Below are positions 11,481-22,760 of a stretch of DNA of 64,000 nucleotides, in pieces. Both the position numbers and the translations under genes were made by a program. The notes under the pieces were generated by a model. It worked only from the letters and a program-made list of their open reading frames with translations, did not search any database and was not told the DNA's origin. Every line of letters begins with the position of its first letter. The first letter of the stretch is position 1. The stretch is from Eledone cirrhosa (taxonomy: Eukaryota). The stretch covers positions 237,708,001 to 237,772,000 of the forward strand of contig OZ024741.1 of assembly GCA_964016885.1 (NCBI GenBank). The letters run 5' to 3'.

Positions 11481-13488
11481 AAGGTACACCTAGAGAGAAC
11501 TACAGTTGCTACACCAAGCTTGATAGGTACCACATTCTATAGTCTGGTTATTATTCCATATTGATGATATTTTCTTGCATTAGGAAATCTATTTAGATTT
11601 CATGTATGCTTGAGTTTGTCTTTACCTGCAACTAATACATCATCTAAGTAGACACCTATTACATGCTGTTAGATAGCTACATCTTTATTTGAGCCAAAGG
11701 CAAATCTTTTAAAACTCTTACAGTTGCCCACATGTTTCAAAGGTGGGGTGTGTATTGTAAGTAGTTTCTTTTAGTGGTGTGAGTTCTTTAGATCAATGGC
11801 TTTGAAGTTAATTACTAAAAAATGCTACCCTCATGAAAAATATTTATCAAGTTAATGCTTTCATATTCAACACAGATACCATAGAAATAATTATATGGAA
11901 GGGAAGAAACCAAGTTAACTCAATCATTAATATTATTTTAATTATTTCGTCAAGAAAGAAAAAGTTGAAATATTTGCCATTGGGCTAACCTTGTCTTTTC
12001 CTCATCGCAAATTATTTCTAGTAAGATTATTTTTGTTTATTGCGTTAAATAAGTCAGCACTATACGATAACTACAGTAAAACAACAATAACTACCTTTTG
12101 AATAAGTAGACTAATTTTATATGAGGAACTTTACACCGGTTACTAAGGTCAGTCACAGTCTATGTGATGGCGGATCTTTTTTGTTTCTTTGTAAATATTT
12201 CATATTCTTCTTGCTATTGTTATATTTGACAGCCGTTTGTCTTTATTTCTTAATGTCTTAATAGAATGAATCTCGTACACAGCACTTTGATCTGAATGAT
12301 CTCATTTTTGGTATGTAAATTTGTTTATTATCTTTTATTACTATTAAATGATTTTGATTATTGTGATAAGAGTGAATGCTTCAAAATAATTTAATCATGC
12401 ACAATTCCATACGTAATCTAATACTGTATATATAATTGATATTAAGACTAAACAAATTCACAATATTGTTCACAAATATGATAAAAGGGTAAATGATACG
12501 TTAAAACTTGATGGTTGCGTAAATTATAAATGTTTTCTTCAGATGAAACGTTGTCAGTAAAGCGGGGAAAAGAAATTTGATTTTTTGGGGTGCAAAATTG
12601 GAATCTGATGTTTATAATCCGAAGATTGTTTTTAAGGAAAAACTTTAGAAAGTTAGAGGTGAATGGTTTACTCATGTCAAAGCATTTACTATTTTGTTTC
12701 CGTAATTCAAGAAAGCCAAGTTAAAATTTTACATTCTCCATTATTGTTAGTCCCAATTTGAATTACGCCGCCGTGTCTACATATATAACATATTGTTATC
12801 GCAATGCTTGTGTAAATATTTCTCTCAGGGCAATACATAAAATCTACTTTGCAAAGGCTCCATATTTATTCAATAAACCATATTTTATGGTATTTAAATG
12901 ACAATATTAACCAGATCTTTTCACCAGCTAATCAAAATGATAAAATAATAAAAAAAGAGTGAAGACAACAGAAACGATCCGTCTCCGTACACTTAATAAG
13001 TGGACTAGAATATTTTCCTTCTTTATCAAAGAACCACGAATAAAGTTTATGTTAAAAAACAACCAGGACCTATTCCAAAATATTTAGAAAAGTGTGAACA
13101 CTTCAAAGGTGGAATAAATTGGTTTGGTGCGAAGAAGAAATGCCTAAAGTTTGAATTAAAGAAGAAACCATACTTTCATAATTGAGGTATCAGTGACACT
13201 AGATCTCCTTTAGAGAAAATTAAATTATCTCACCCAATTCACCGGATTCATTGAGTATATGCACGTTAGAGTTGGTTAAGGTTTCTTCGTATGAGCGAGG
13301 CATACGAAATGAATCCTTTTAATTGGATAGTTGTAGTAATTACAACTATGAATTACTCCCCCAAAAAGTTAAATTTCATTTAATCGTAGTCTACACATTC
13401 GAAAAAGTATCTTTGCAATATTTCATAAAAAAATTTACAATATCAAGAAAGTTATGAAAAAGTAAAACCGATGTTACATGCTAAACGT

Positions 13489-13676
13489 AATTGTTTCTAC
13501 TTTAGGCACAAGGCCAGCAATTATCCAGTGCATTACTAGTACTTTATTTTATCGACCCCGTGAGGATGAAAGGCAAAGTCAACCTCGGCGGGATTTGAAC
13601 TCAGATCATAAAGGGACGTAACTATGCTGGAAAGCATGGCGTCCGACCCTCTACCGATACTGCCAATCCACCGCCC
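13489..13676 (-). mobile_element. tRNA-derived SINE, full length, with target-site duplication
   Basis: Minus strand has A box TGGCAGTATCGG, B box GAGTTCAAATCC and core GCCTTTCATCC..GGGGTCGATAAAATAAAGTAC. gttacatgctaaacgtaat occurs on both sides. Confidence 0.9.
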
Positions 13677-14079
13677 GTTACATGCTAAACGTAATGTATG
13701 CTAACTTCGCCTGAGTGTTTATAATCATCAATTTGTATCCTAAACTTTACAATTCAAAACATTTTCAAAACATGATGCTCCGATTCACTTTTTTGTTTTT
13801 ATACATGTGAAATTTCCCAACTTTCTAGTCATAAAGCCCTAATCTTAATTCTATTAAATTTCTTTGTCTGACATAGATAATCATTTATTTGTTCGTATTG
13901 TAATATATACATTTATTATTAAGAAAAATATTTCTGTTTAATTGCCTAATTAGATCCCTCACTACTATAGATATCTAAAATTACTGTTATTTTGTTTGGT
14001 TGAAATTAAGGAAAATTATTAGTTTTAGCGAAATGAAGATTTTTTAAAGATAGTTCAGTAAGACAATTTTTATCATATT

Positions 14080-14186
14080 CATCCCGCCGAGCTTAACTTT
14101 GCCTTCCATCCTTACGGGGTCGATAAAATAAAGTACCAGTAATACACTAGGATAATTTCTGGCCTTGTGCCAAAAATAGAAACAAT
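14080..14186 (+). mobile_element. SINE, 5'-truncated copy
   Basis: atcccgccgag..ttaactttgcctt..ggggtcgataaaataaagtacc..ggccttgtgccaaaa. Confidence 0.85.
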
Positions 14187-15474
14187 TATTTATACCAGTG
14201 TTTACCAGCCAATGCCATCTTTTACTTAAATGACCCCAATGCGAATAACAATTGAAAGAGAGAAGAATGGATAGCCAATAATGCATACATATGTTTTTAA
14301 CGAAGTACTTGATATTTGTAACTTAGCTCACGGACCATAGTTTGTGGACTGCTAGTTTACGATTTACATGTCCGCTATATCATGTGACAGCACAATGGTT
14401 AGGTGACGATTGCTTTTTTAAGATGGTTTCCAGTTTGATTGAAGATGTAAAAGACCTCTTGCAATAGCAACTTTTCTTTGAATCACCACTTTACAATGGG
14501 TCTACATTGTTAGATTTTGAATAAGAGCATTGCTAAACATATCCTCATGGCAATGTACAATACCCCAGCCCTCCAGCAACAACAGCACAAACAATGCCAC
14601 ATACATAGAAGAGTTGACTTATCACCATCCTCAGTTTTACATCTATTTTTCGATGCTGGCATCCATTGGTGAGACTTTTTTTGAGGTGGAATTCTATTCT
14701 TTCTGAAGCCAACCCTTGTTTTTAAGTAAGATACAGATCTTCCCACATTTAACTGCTGAGCAATGGGATCTCAGTTTACATGGAACATAAACAAATATTA
14801 CTGTCTGTGATATCAAATGTGTCAATGAGAGACAGATTAGGTTTTTCACTCACTAGCAGCAATAGTCCCTCTGACAGGCTACTGTTTGCCAAATTTCACT
14901 CTTAAAGCTTTGGTCAACAAAAGGTCATGGTAAAGGATGCTTGCTCAAGGTTCTGCAGAGTGGGATTGAATCTGTAATTATGTAGTTGCAAAGTGAACTT
15001 CTTAAGAACACACACAGCCTTTTCTGCACTCATTAAATGTGTTGTAGTAATGTTGAGTAGCCAACAGGTCTGGAGATAGCAGTGTAGGTTGATGAAAAAA
15101 TATTCACAATTTTTGCATTATGTAATCCATTGGTCAGTTTAACATCATTCCTTGGCTCCTGGGTGTCTTTTGCAGAGTCATTTCTGTTGCAAACATTTAG
15201 GCCAGACCTCTTGTCTGAAGAGAATTTCTTTCTTTCCTCTTACAGGTCTCAGAGAGTGCCCTTTCCTCTCTCATTAAGGCATGTAAAAAAAAAAAAAAAA
15301 CTGTTGCCATCCTCTATATATATGTATGGATCTATAGCTCTTGATGGCGTCATAGGGGCACAATAGTGACATACTGTCTTGAATATTTTAAACCTGGCGA
15401 AGCCCATCTATATGTTAACAGGAAAAGATATTATAATTTTCTCAAAAGTGTTTTAAATTATTTTCTCAGGAAAG

Positions 15475-17106
15475 ATGTCCCAGCAACTGACAGGGGAACA
15501 GATTATTTCCATATCAAACAAAGTGATGCGCTGTGTCAGAAAATGTAACATAGTCGGTGTGAAGTCCAAACTGGATCCTCTAAAAATGCCACATCGCAAG
15601 CGTATTGCCAGCCGAAAGATCCATGGATTTACTGCATTGTTTATTGCTGTTTCATATAACAACTTGGAACTTGTACAGTATTTGTTGCATGACTGCAATG
15701 TTCCTGTTGATCAACCTGTGATATACAATGATGATGCTCAAGTAACACCATTGTTAGTGGCTGCATCAGAACACTGCAAGAATATGCTTCAGATTCTCCT
15801 TGATTATGGAGCTGATATCAATGCCAAAGACCACTTGGGCAACACTGCTCTGAAAATGTCTGTTAAAGGTGGCAATGTGGATATTGTTCAGTTTCTAATT
15901 CAAAGAGGCTCTGATGTTAATTTACCCGACCATAAAGGAGTTACCCCATTGATGGAGTCTGTGTTTAACATGGAGTTAGTTGAGCTCCTCTCTCAAAGTG
16001 ATGCTAATTTATATGCAACTGATGCAAGCGGTGACACAATTCTGCATTTTGCTGCATGTAAAGGTAATTTAGAAGTGTTTAAATTTCTTCTCCAAAAAGG
16101 TTTCAGTCCTTACACATGCAATCTCCTTGGTGAGAACTGCTTCCAGCTTGCTGCCATTCATTGGCAGTGGAGAACACTCATTTATTTATTGGTATCTTTC
16201 CCTTACCCACGAGATTCTCCACAACAATACTTTGACACTGTTACAACACAGGTATTTGTCAAAGCTCTTGAGGAAGCTGAACACCATAATGATATATTTG
16301 AATTTCCTGCACTGATGGTAACTGAAAAAATATTAGGTGCTTGCTCTACATCAATTGAGGCATTAGGTTATGCTGCCTGGTTGCAGTGTGACCTAGGTAA
16401 TGTTTCACTTGCCTGGGACGTTTATTGCCATTTACTTCGAGCCTGTCAGAGAATGAGGTGTGTAGCAGGATTTGATATTGTTACACTTCAACTGGAGGTG
16501 TTTTGGAAAATATACTGCAAAGATCAGCATTATTCAATGCCTTTTGGACAAATTATACATCTAGTACGGCAGATTGTCAATGATATCGTCATCAACTGGG
16601 AATCCCTTCAAAAATGTAATTGTGAAGAAACATCTTTGAAAAGCTCTAACAGGAAGAATGCATGGCAGACACTGTTGCTGTTTGTGGTGAACTTGCTCAA
16701 AATTCTCATTCATTACCAACATAAATGGGATTCATTAAGCTTTCAAAAGTTTTCCTGTTCTATTCTTGATAGATATACCAAGGTTCTTTCTCATACACAA
16801 CAATTAGATGCTGAACAGGAAGGAGTTACTAATGAAGATATGCCTGTAGTTTCTTTACGGCTTCATGGAAAATGGCAACTAATGGACATTACTCTTCAAG
16901 CTTGTCATGAAACACAAAACCAGTTTCTGGGAAATGCTCTCAAAGAATCTTCATACATTGTCTTTGATGCTGCTAAACTCATTCCTGTAAGAGAACCTCT
17001 TCCTCTGCAATGTCTCACTGCCAGAGTGTTAAACAAAGCAGACATTGAATTTCAGAAATACTTGCCAGCACGTTTGACTGACTTTGTTCTCCATCACCTC
17101 TCATAA
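15475..17106 (+). CDS. Fem-1-like ankyrin-repeat protein with C-terminal VHL/SOCS-type box (543 aa, single coding exon)
   Basis: N-terminal ankyrin repeats (FTALFIAV, VTPLLVAA, GNTALKMS, GVTPLMES, GDTILHFAA). The C-terminus LPLQCLTARVL..YLPARLTDFVLHH matches the Fem-1 end motif from memory. An acceptor ttttctcag lies 5 nt before the ATG. Confidence 0.85.
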   Translation: MSQQLTGEQIISISNKVMRCVRKCNIVGVKSKLDPLKMPHRKRIASRKIHGFTALFIAVSYNNLELVQYLLHDCNVPVDQPVIYNDDAQVTPLLVAASEHCKNMLQILLDYGADINAKDHLGNTALKMSVKGGNVDIVQFLIQRGSDVNLPDHKGVTPLMESVFNMELVELLSQSDANLYATDASGDTILHFAACKGNLEVFKFLLQKGFSPYTCNLLGENCFQLAAIHWQWRTLIYLLVSFPYPRDSPQQYFDTVTTQVFVKALEEAEHHNDIFEFPALMVTEKILGACSTSIEALGYAAWLQCDLGNVSLAWDVYCHLLRACQRMRCVAGFDIVTLQLEVFWKIYCKDQHYSMPFGQIIHLVRQIVNDIVINWESLQKCNCEETSLKSSNRKNAWQTLLLFVVNLLKILIHYQHKWDSLSFQKFSCSILDRYTKVLSHTQQLDAEQEGVTNEDMPVVSLRLHGKWQLMDITLQACHETQNQFLGNALKESSYIVFDAAKLIPVREPLPLQCLTARVLNKADIEFQKYLPARLTDFVLHHLS

Positions 17107-19420
17107 TTTCCACCTCCCTCACCTTCATTGGGATGGAGATGGTCATCGGCAAGAATAAGCTCTCATGCTGGTATATCTATCAGTGTATCTCTCTCCACCA
17201 CTCTTCGAGATAACACATTTGCCATTGTGTCTGCTGAGACCAGGAAGCAATCTTAAGATTTAATTTGAAAATAGCTGACACTTTATGGAATATTTCCAGC
17301 CAGTAACTGTGTATTTACCCTCCTTGTTGGATTTTTTCTGAAGTGTTCAGCTTTTTGCTGTTTTAAATTAATTTATTTTTTCATGTTTGCTGGAATGAGA
17401 TAGTTTTTGTTCTAACCCTTCCTACTGCTAACCATCCAACCATAAAGCTGGTTTTAGACCAGTCAGGGAAATGAGAACAACAGAGAGAGCCAGTAAATGA
17501 TGAGTCCTCAACAGTAGTCAGTTTATCTTAGCACCAGCACTAGGGAGGTTATCATGTCTTTGTTGAAGAATCCTCCTGACCCTTTGTTTAGCGGGCGTTC
17601 TGTGGCTGGTTGTCTTCCTATTACTAACAGATGGTATTGGGTGCATATCATGTAGATCACCGACATTAGGGAGGTTGTCATGACTTTGACACAGCTGAAG
17701 AGTCTTTCCAATTATTTGTTTGGCATGTTCTCTAGTTTGATCACCAACCACTTTACAGTGTGTACTGGGTGCATTTTTCATGTAGAGCAGCATCACTAGA
17801 GAGGTTGTTGTGTTGTTAACGCCACAGTTGACTCATCTGAACCCTGTTGGCATGGTTTCTACAGTAATATAATCTGACACTTTAATGTCATAACCATTGT
17901 GCTTCATTTAATGAGAAGTAATCAGATGAAGAGAAGTCTGGTTAGATGATCTAACTTATGAAATTTTTTTTTGTTATTTCCTCTGTTATTTGACTGTTTG
18001 GATACTTGAACTCTATGAATGGTGGATATTTGTAAAATTTCAAAGTAAAGATATCCATAACTTAAATTTCATGGCATTATGCCGATGAGAGATAAATATG
18101 AAGCAAAGTTTTTGGTTGTGGAAGAGGAATGGTGCCATAAAACCTAGCCTCCAGAGAATTTATCTGTTGTCTTCTCTGTGACGTCACAGGTCACTTCTTG
18201 GTGGCCATGTCAGTAAGAGAATTCCATGGGAAAACATTTCTTTTACTACAAATATATCCCTGGATAAGACACCAGTCTATCACATGACATTCCAAGATAT
18301 TACTTGTGATAGACAACATTAATATTTATATATATGTATATATAATGTCTTTTAGTTTGAGGAAAAGAGGTAGTCCCTTTAAGACTGGTGATGTTTAGCT
18401 GGAACACTAGTTGGCTGATCCATGTAGGTAAAATTGGGCAATATCAAGTGGGGAAATAGTGTTGTATGTGGCCCTCATGTGGAGCTGGTGATTTGACATG
18501 TAGCTTTGGCCTCTCTGTAACAGTAATAGTTACACAGTCTGAAGTCTATTGCAGAAGCATTTGTATATTATGTAAGAGGTGGCTGGTTGTTTTGCTACAT
18601 TGTTTTGTATGCTTACACCATGCAGTGTGTTAATCCAGATTGATGTTACATATGTTATTGTTTGTTGAACTGGCTGTTTCAGTTGCCTGCGATCTCTTAA
18701 CAATACCTTGGTATTTATTCTTTTAAAATCTCTTGGCCTGGATATTAAGTTTCCTATAACAAACATAATATGATACATAAACAATGTATGGTTTTCTTAG
18801 ATCAGTTATGCTTAGGTCAAGAATGTTAACGTAATTCATTTCTTGAGGGTACCTCATCATTATCATCATCATTGTTGTTTTTACATTGTCTTTTACAAGC
18901 TGGTATGAGGGCTTTTTGTTGGCTTTACAGCCATATGCCTTTCCTGGCACCAACCCTTTTAGTTGTTTCTTATGACATGCAAAGATATGGTGTATCTATT
19001 CTAAACTGGTCACACATGACCAATACTCTTGTGTATATTTATGTATCTTTATGTCAGGGTTCTGGCTTCCTAATATATCCCTGGTGTTGTTTTCACATTC
19101 TGGAGTATGAGGAAAGTTAACACTCATGTATGCACACACAATCATACACATATTGTGTGTTAGCTTTCCTCCTTGACATGCTGAAAAAGCATTTAAATAT
19201 CTTATATTGCTTGCTGCATCCTGTAGTCATCTATCTTATTTGAAAGCATCAGCAGGTCATATATGCTGTCCTACATATATATTCTTTTGTTGCATGTGTT
19301 TTTGCTAAAACAAGGGATGCAACTGAGTGTATCTTTGTCGCTTCTGTCAAAGAAAATACAACCCATGACAAGGGATGTAACTCTGGTTTGACTAAGTATT
19401 AAAAATTATATGGTTAATGA

Positions 19421-19665
19421 ATTAGGATTTGGTTTAAACCTACCTATGAAAAATCCTTGCAGATGCGTTTTTGCTCTTTTGTGGAATAACTGCATTGATA
19501 GACTGGGAAAACATCGAAATTTGGTAAAGTTCATCCTCTGTAATTCTTTATATGTTAGCTAACAGCGATCTCTGGGGTATGGATCCCTAATTTGTTAACA
19601 GTGAGCTGTCTTCCTTTGTTGGCGTGTCAGCCCTGTTTGACCAATGTAGTGTTCCACAGTGGTAG
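19421..19665 (-). mobile_element. Penelope-like element GIY-YIG endonuclease C-terminal fragment (pseudogenised)
   Basis: Manual translation across stops and frameshifts gives EHYIGQTGLTRQQRKTAHC*QIRDPY..IAVS*HI..PNFDVFPVYQC..FIGRFKPN. Confidence 0.8.
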
Positions 19666-19869
19666 TGTGCTATATGCCCTGGGCCCAGGCTTTCATTGGT
19701 ATGTGTACAGTTTTGGTTCTTTGGTTTGGTACCTAGGTCTTTTGCTCTCCATGGAGGTTAAGTTCCTACTTTTATTTCCCCTACTGCTAGAGAGGTTCTA
19801 CTGTCATTACGCTTTATTCTAGCTGCTCTCTGGTTGTTGAAAGGTTCTATATTGTTGCTACTGGTGACT

Positions 19870-20963
19870 GATGAGTGCATGTTTGTCAGTTATAGAATAG
19901 TCAACTTTGCTGATACCCTAGTTCCTTTACATATGCATAGGTTCTACATCACAAGCAGGGGCTTTTCTGTATGTTGGTGTGTATTTTATTTTCTTCTTAT
20001 ATCCTGCTTTAGTTTCTTGGGCGTGGTAAAAGTTGCAGCTGCTTATTTCGTTCATGGCTATGTCTTCCCAGTCTTTGGGTCTGGCTCTTTTTCTATCTTC
20101 TCCAAAGCTGAGATCTCTCATAGTTTCCATAGTTCCATACTTTGGACCTGTTGCTGTGTTGAGGCATCCATTCCATGTCATGTCTTTCCCTGCACCAGCC
20201 ATAGTGTTGAGACCAGCTCCGAAATTCAAGATGCTGCCGTGTACTGTTAGGTTGTCGTAGAATTCAACGTTAGTGGTATTGTTAGACGTGAATTGTTGTG
20301 CCATTTATGTGTGAATGAATCACCTTGTCTTAATTTATTTTAGTTCTCATCGCTCTCCAGTCGTGGAAGCTGTTTATTTCAGTTGTACATGATAAGACGT
20401 CAACGTCTATATTGCACTGTACAGTTTTGTTTACGTATTTTCTCGGGAATGAGTATGAGTAGGAATATTTTGGTAGGAACATTTGTGATGCATCTGTAGG
20501 TTGTACGAATTGGAATCCTCTGTTTGGTATGAAGTCTATTTTCTTTAGGTTTCTGTAACCAATATAGTTACTAGGGTCTATGAAGATTTCGAAATATGGT
20601 TGTGGATTAGGGACAAATACCTCCTTGTGTTTTGATGTCCATTCTCCACATGTTATGTGATCTATTGTTACACCTATATCTGTGATACGATATGATGTGT
20701 TCATTAGAGACAATTCGAAGTCTGTGGGTTTTATCCAGCTTGTTAAGAGGTATGGTAGTATGTAGTGCTCTGCATCTACTATTCCATAACAATAGTGTCC
20801 TATGTTGTGGTATCCTTGTTCTGTTTTGAGATATTTGGTAAATTTTACTTTAGCGGTATTCATGTTACATGATTTGATCATTTTCGGAAAGTTAGTTGGA
20901 ATATCGTCGCATCTGGTTTTTGGTTGGAGGGGGAGGCTTCCTCCTGTGTTTGTTCCTTGCCAT
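19870..20963 (-). pseudogene. Endogenous parvovirus-like capsid (VP) gene, frameshifted
   Basis: Basic N-terminus MARNKHRRKPPP (ATG 20963) joins ORF 20881-20330 by one frameshift in an A run. Motifs YILPYLLTSWIKP, YRITDIGVTIDHI and PQPYFEIFID recall hamaparvovirus VP. Continues in ORF 20304-19927. Confidence 0.65.
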
Positions 20964-21194
20964 CTGTTATTTTAGAAAAATAAGTGCCATATTTAAAATA
21001 TATCGTTGAGGTTTTGTGTTTCATAGATATTCATATCACATGCGTAGGACAGAGACGCATGTTTGTTTATATATATATATATTTATAATTCAAGGGTAAG
21101 AGATTGTCTAGACAAGTATCCACATTATGTGTGTTTGTATGATGATATAAGAAGAATTGTTATAAGATCGATTCTCACCATCCATATATATGTA

Positions 21195-21571
21195 CATAGA
21201 TACATTGCCAAAGAAATATCGGATAACAAGTTAAAGAACTTACATAGATGGTAAAATTTCAATTATTTTCAAATCAGATAACATGTAAAAAAAACTTACT
21301 TAAAAATGGTAAAATGCTGAGATTTCAATATTCTATACAGCTGTTTCATGAGTAAAAGAGAAATGGATGGTACCATAAGATGAAACACTAATCGTCGGTA
21401 GAATTTTCATTTTACTAAGCGCATTATATATGACTAGTCGCCATAGATTCAAAAGAGGAATTGAATGCACATGGTGAGGAACATAATATGAGGATACAAA
21501 CAGGCCAATGGGAATGCTTGAAATAGCAGTGGGTTTGGTCTATATAGAAGCAACTCTACTAAAATTTACTG
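21195..21571 (-). mobile_element. Second copy of the hammerhead-bearing pLTR family
   Basis: Co-linear with 4385-4712. Confidence 0.75.
21330..21404 (-). ncRNA. Hammerhead motif with mutated core (CCGACGA)
   Basis: Minus strand reads ATTCTA-CCGACGA-...-GAAAC-AGCT-GTA|TAGAAT, with perfect stems I and III. Confidence 0.6.
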
Positions 21572-21989
21572 TTAGGAGCAGAAGTATATGTATTAAAATA
21601 TTGATTAATATATAAAGTTATTAATCATATTGTCTGTCAAAAGTATAGGTTAACCCAAGTGCTACAGATTGTCACTATTAGAACCTAAAGTCAGCTCTAC
21701 TAATATAAAATTTAAGAATTTTTTTAAATTTGATATTAGTAACAATATATATTGTTATATTTGGGGATGGTCATGTTGCCAATAGAAAGAAACACATGCA
21801 CCATATAATTTTCACTTTATTTTTATTGTTCATTATTCATTTGTTTATCAAAGTTCTTTCGTTACACAATCTGTGTCTTCTTCCATGCTTATCTGTTTTG
21901 TGCCTCCTTAAACTTCTACTCCATCTTCTCTTTTGTTTGTTTTTAGGGGCGTTTTTTTGTGTTTCATGCCTGTGTGTGTGTGGGTTTGT

Positions 21990-22760
21990 ATTGTTTGCTG
22001 TTTGTGTCTTTATTCTGTCTTCAGTCATTAAGCTGCGGGTTGTAACTATTCCACTCATGTTTTCTGTTCAGGCTAGGGTTATCTTTTATTATGTGAGTGG
22101 ACTCCATAATTTGTGTTGCATCAGTTCTCTGTGTGGATAGGATCTTTATTTCTATGTTATCTATTGAGCCCTTGTGTTCTAGTTTAGCATGTTGGTATAG
22201 CACTGATGAGCTTTTCTCCTCCTTAACTTCTCACCAGTGTTCTTTTAATCTCTCTGTGTGTCGTTATCTTGTTTCTGCTTTGTCTCTGTACATCTTATCC
22301 TGTAGACTAAATTTCTAGTTTTACAGTTTATCTGTGGGCTTATTTTACAGACTATACAGTTTCTATCAGTACAAAGGTTTTTCCTAAAGGGGTATGTTCT
22401 ACTGATCTGGGATTTTAAGGCAGCTCCTGGTTTTTCTACTATTTTAATAAGGTTCATTTTTTCTAAAGCTCTTCTAAAACGGTATGCCAGTTCGTCTATA
22501 GAGGTAGTATCGACGAACATAACACTTGTATGTATTTTTGGTTGTCATACCATGAGTTAACCTTCCCTATCGTTTTCTTTGTCTTTTCTATGCTATTCCA
22601 TGATTTGCTCCTGTATTGTGGGCAAATCCAATTCATATCATTTTCCACAATGGTTTTGAATTTAGCTATGGCTCCTTTGTACACCCTGATCCTGTCTTTT
22701 GGCTATAACCAGAGAACTGCATGTGTTTCTTTAACTCTGTTGGATCGCCCGTCAGGACAT
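21990..22760 (-). mobile_element. Penelope-like element, RT thumb/linker plus GIY-YIG fragment (Naiad-like pattern)
   Basis: PQYRSKSW..WY..MFVDTT..IKIVEKPG..YPFRKNLCTDRNCIVC..CKTRNLVYRIRC..QHAKLEHKG..MESTHIIKDNPSLNRKHEW across frameshifts. Confidence 0.85.

Noticed and set aside
13286-13308. TTCGTATG-N7-CATACGAA palindrome resembling loxP
   Set aside because: Only 8-bp arms with a 7-nt spacer, single copy; compatible with chance.
13489-13676. tRNA gene
   Set aside because: A and B boxes are present, but there is no cloverleaf and it is a multi-copy SINE head.
19834-20250. 138-aa plus-strand ORF as an ambisense viral gene
   Set aside because: Hydrophobic composition is expected for the antisense of an A-rich ORF, with a non-ATG start and no NS1 (HUH/SF3) motifs.
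21846-21890. Possible hammerhead downstream of the Naiad-like ORF (GGAAGA-AG-ACACA-GAT-TGTGT-AAC-GAAAG)
   Set aside because: The core lacks CUG and stem I pairs poorly, so it is mentioned only as context and not listed as a feature.
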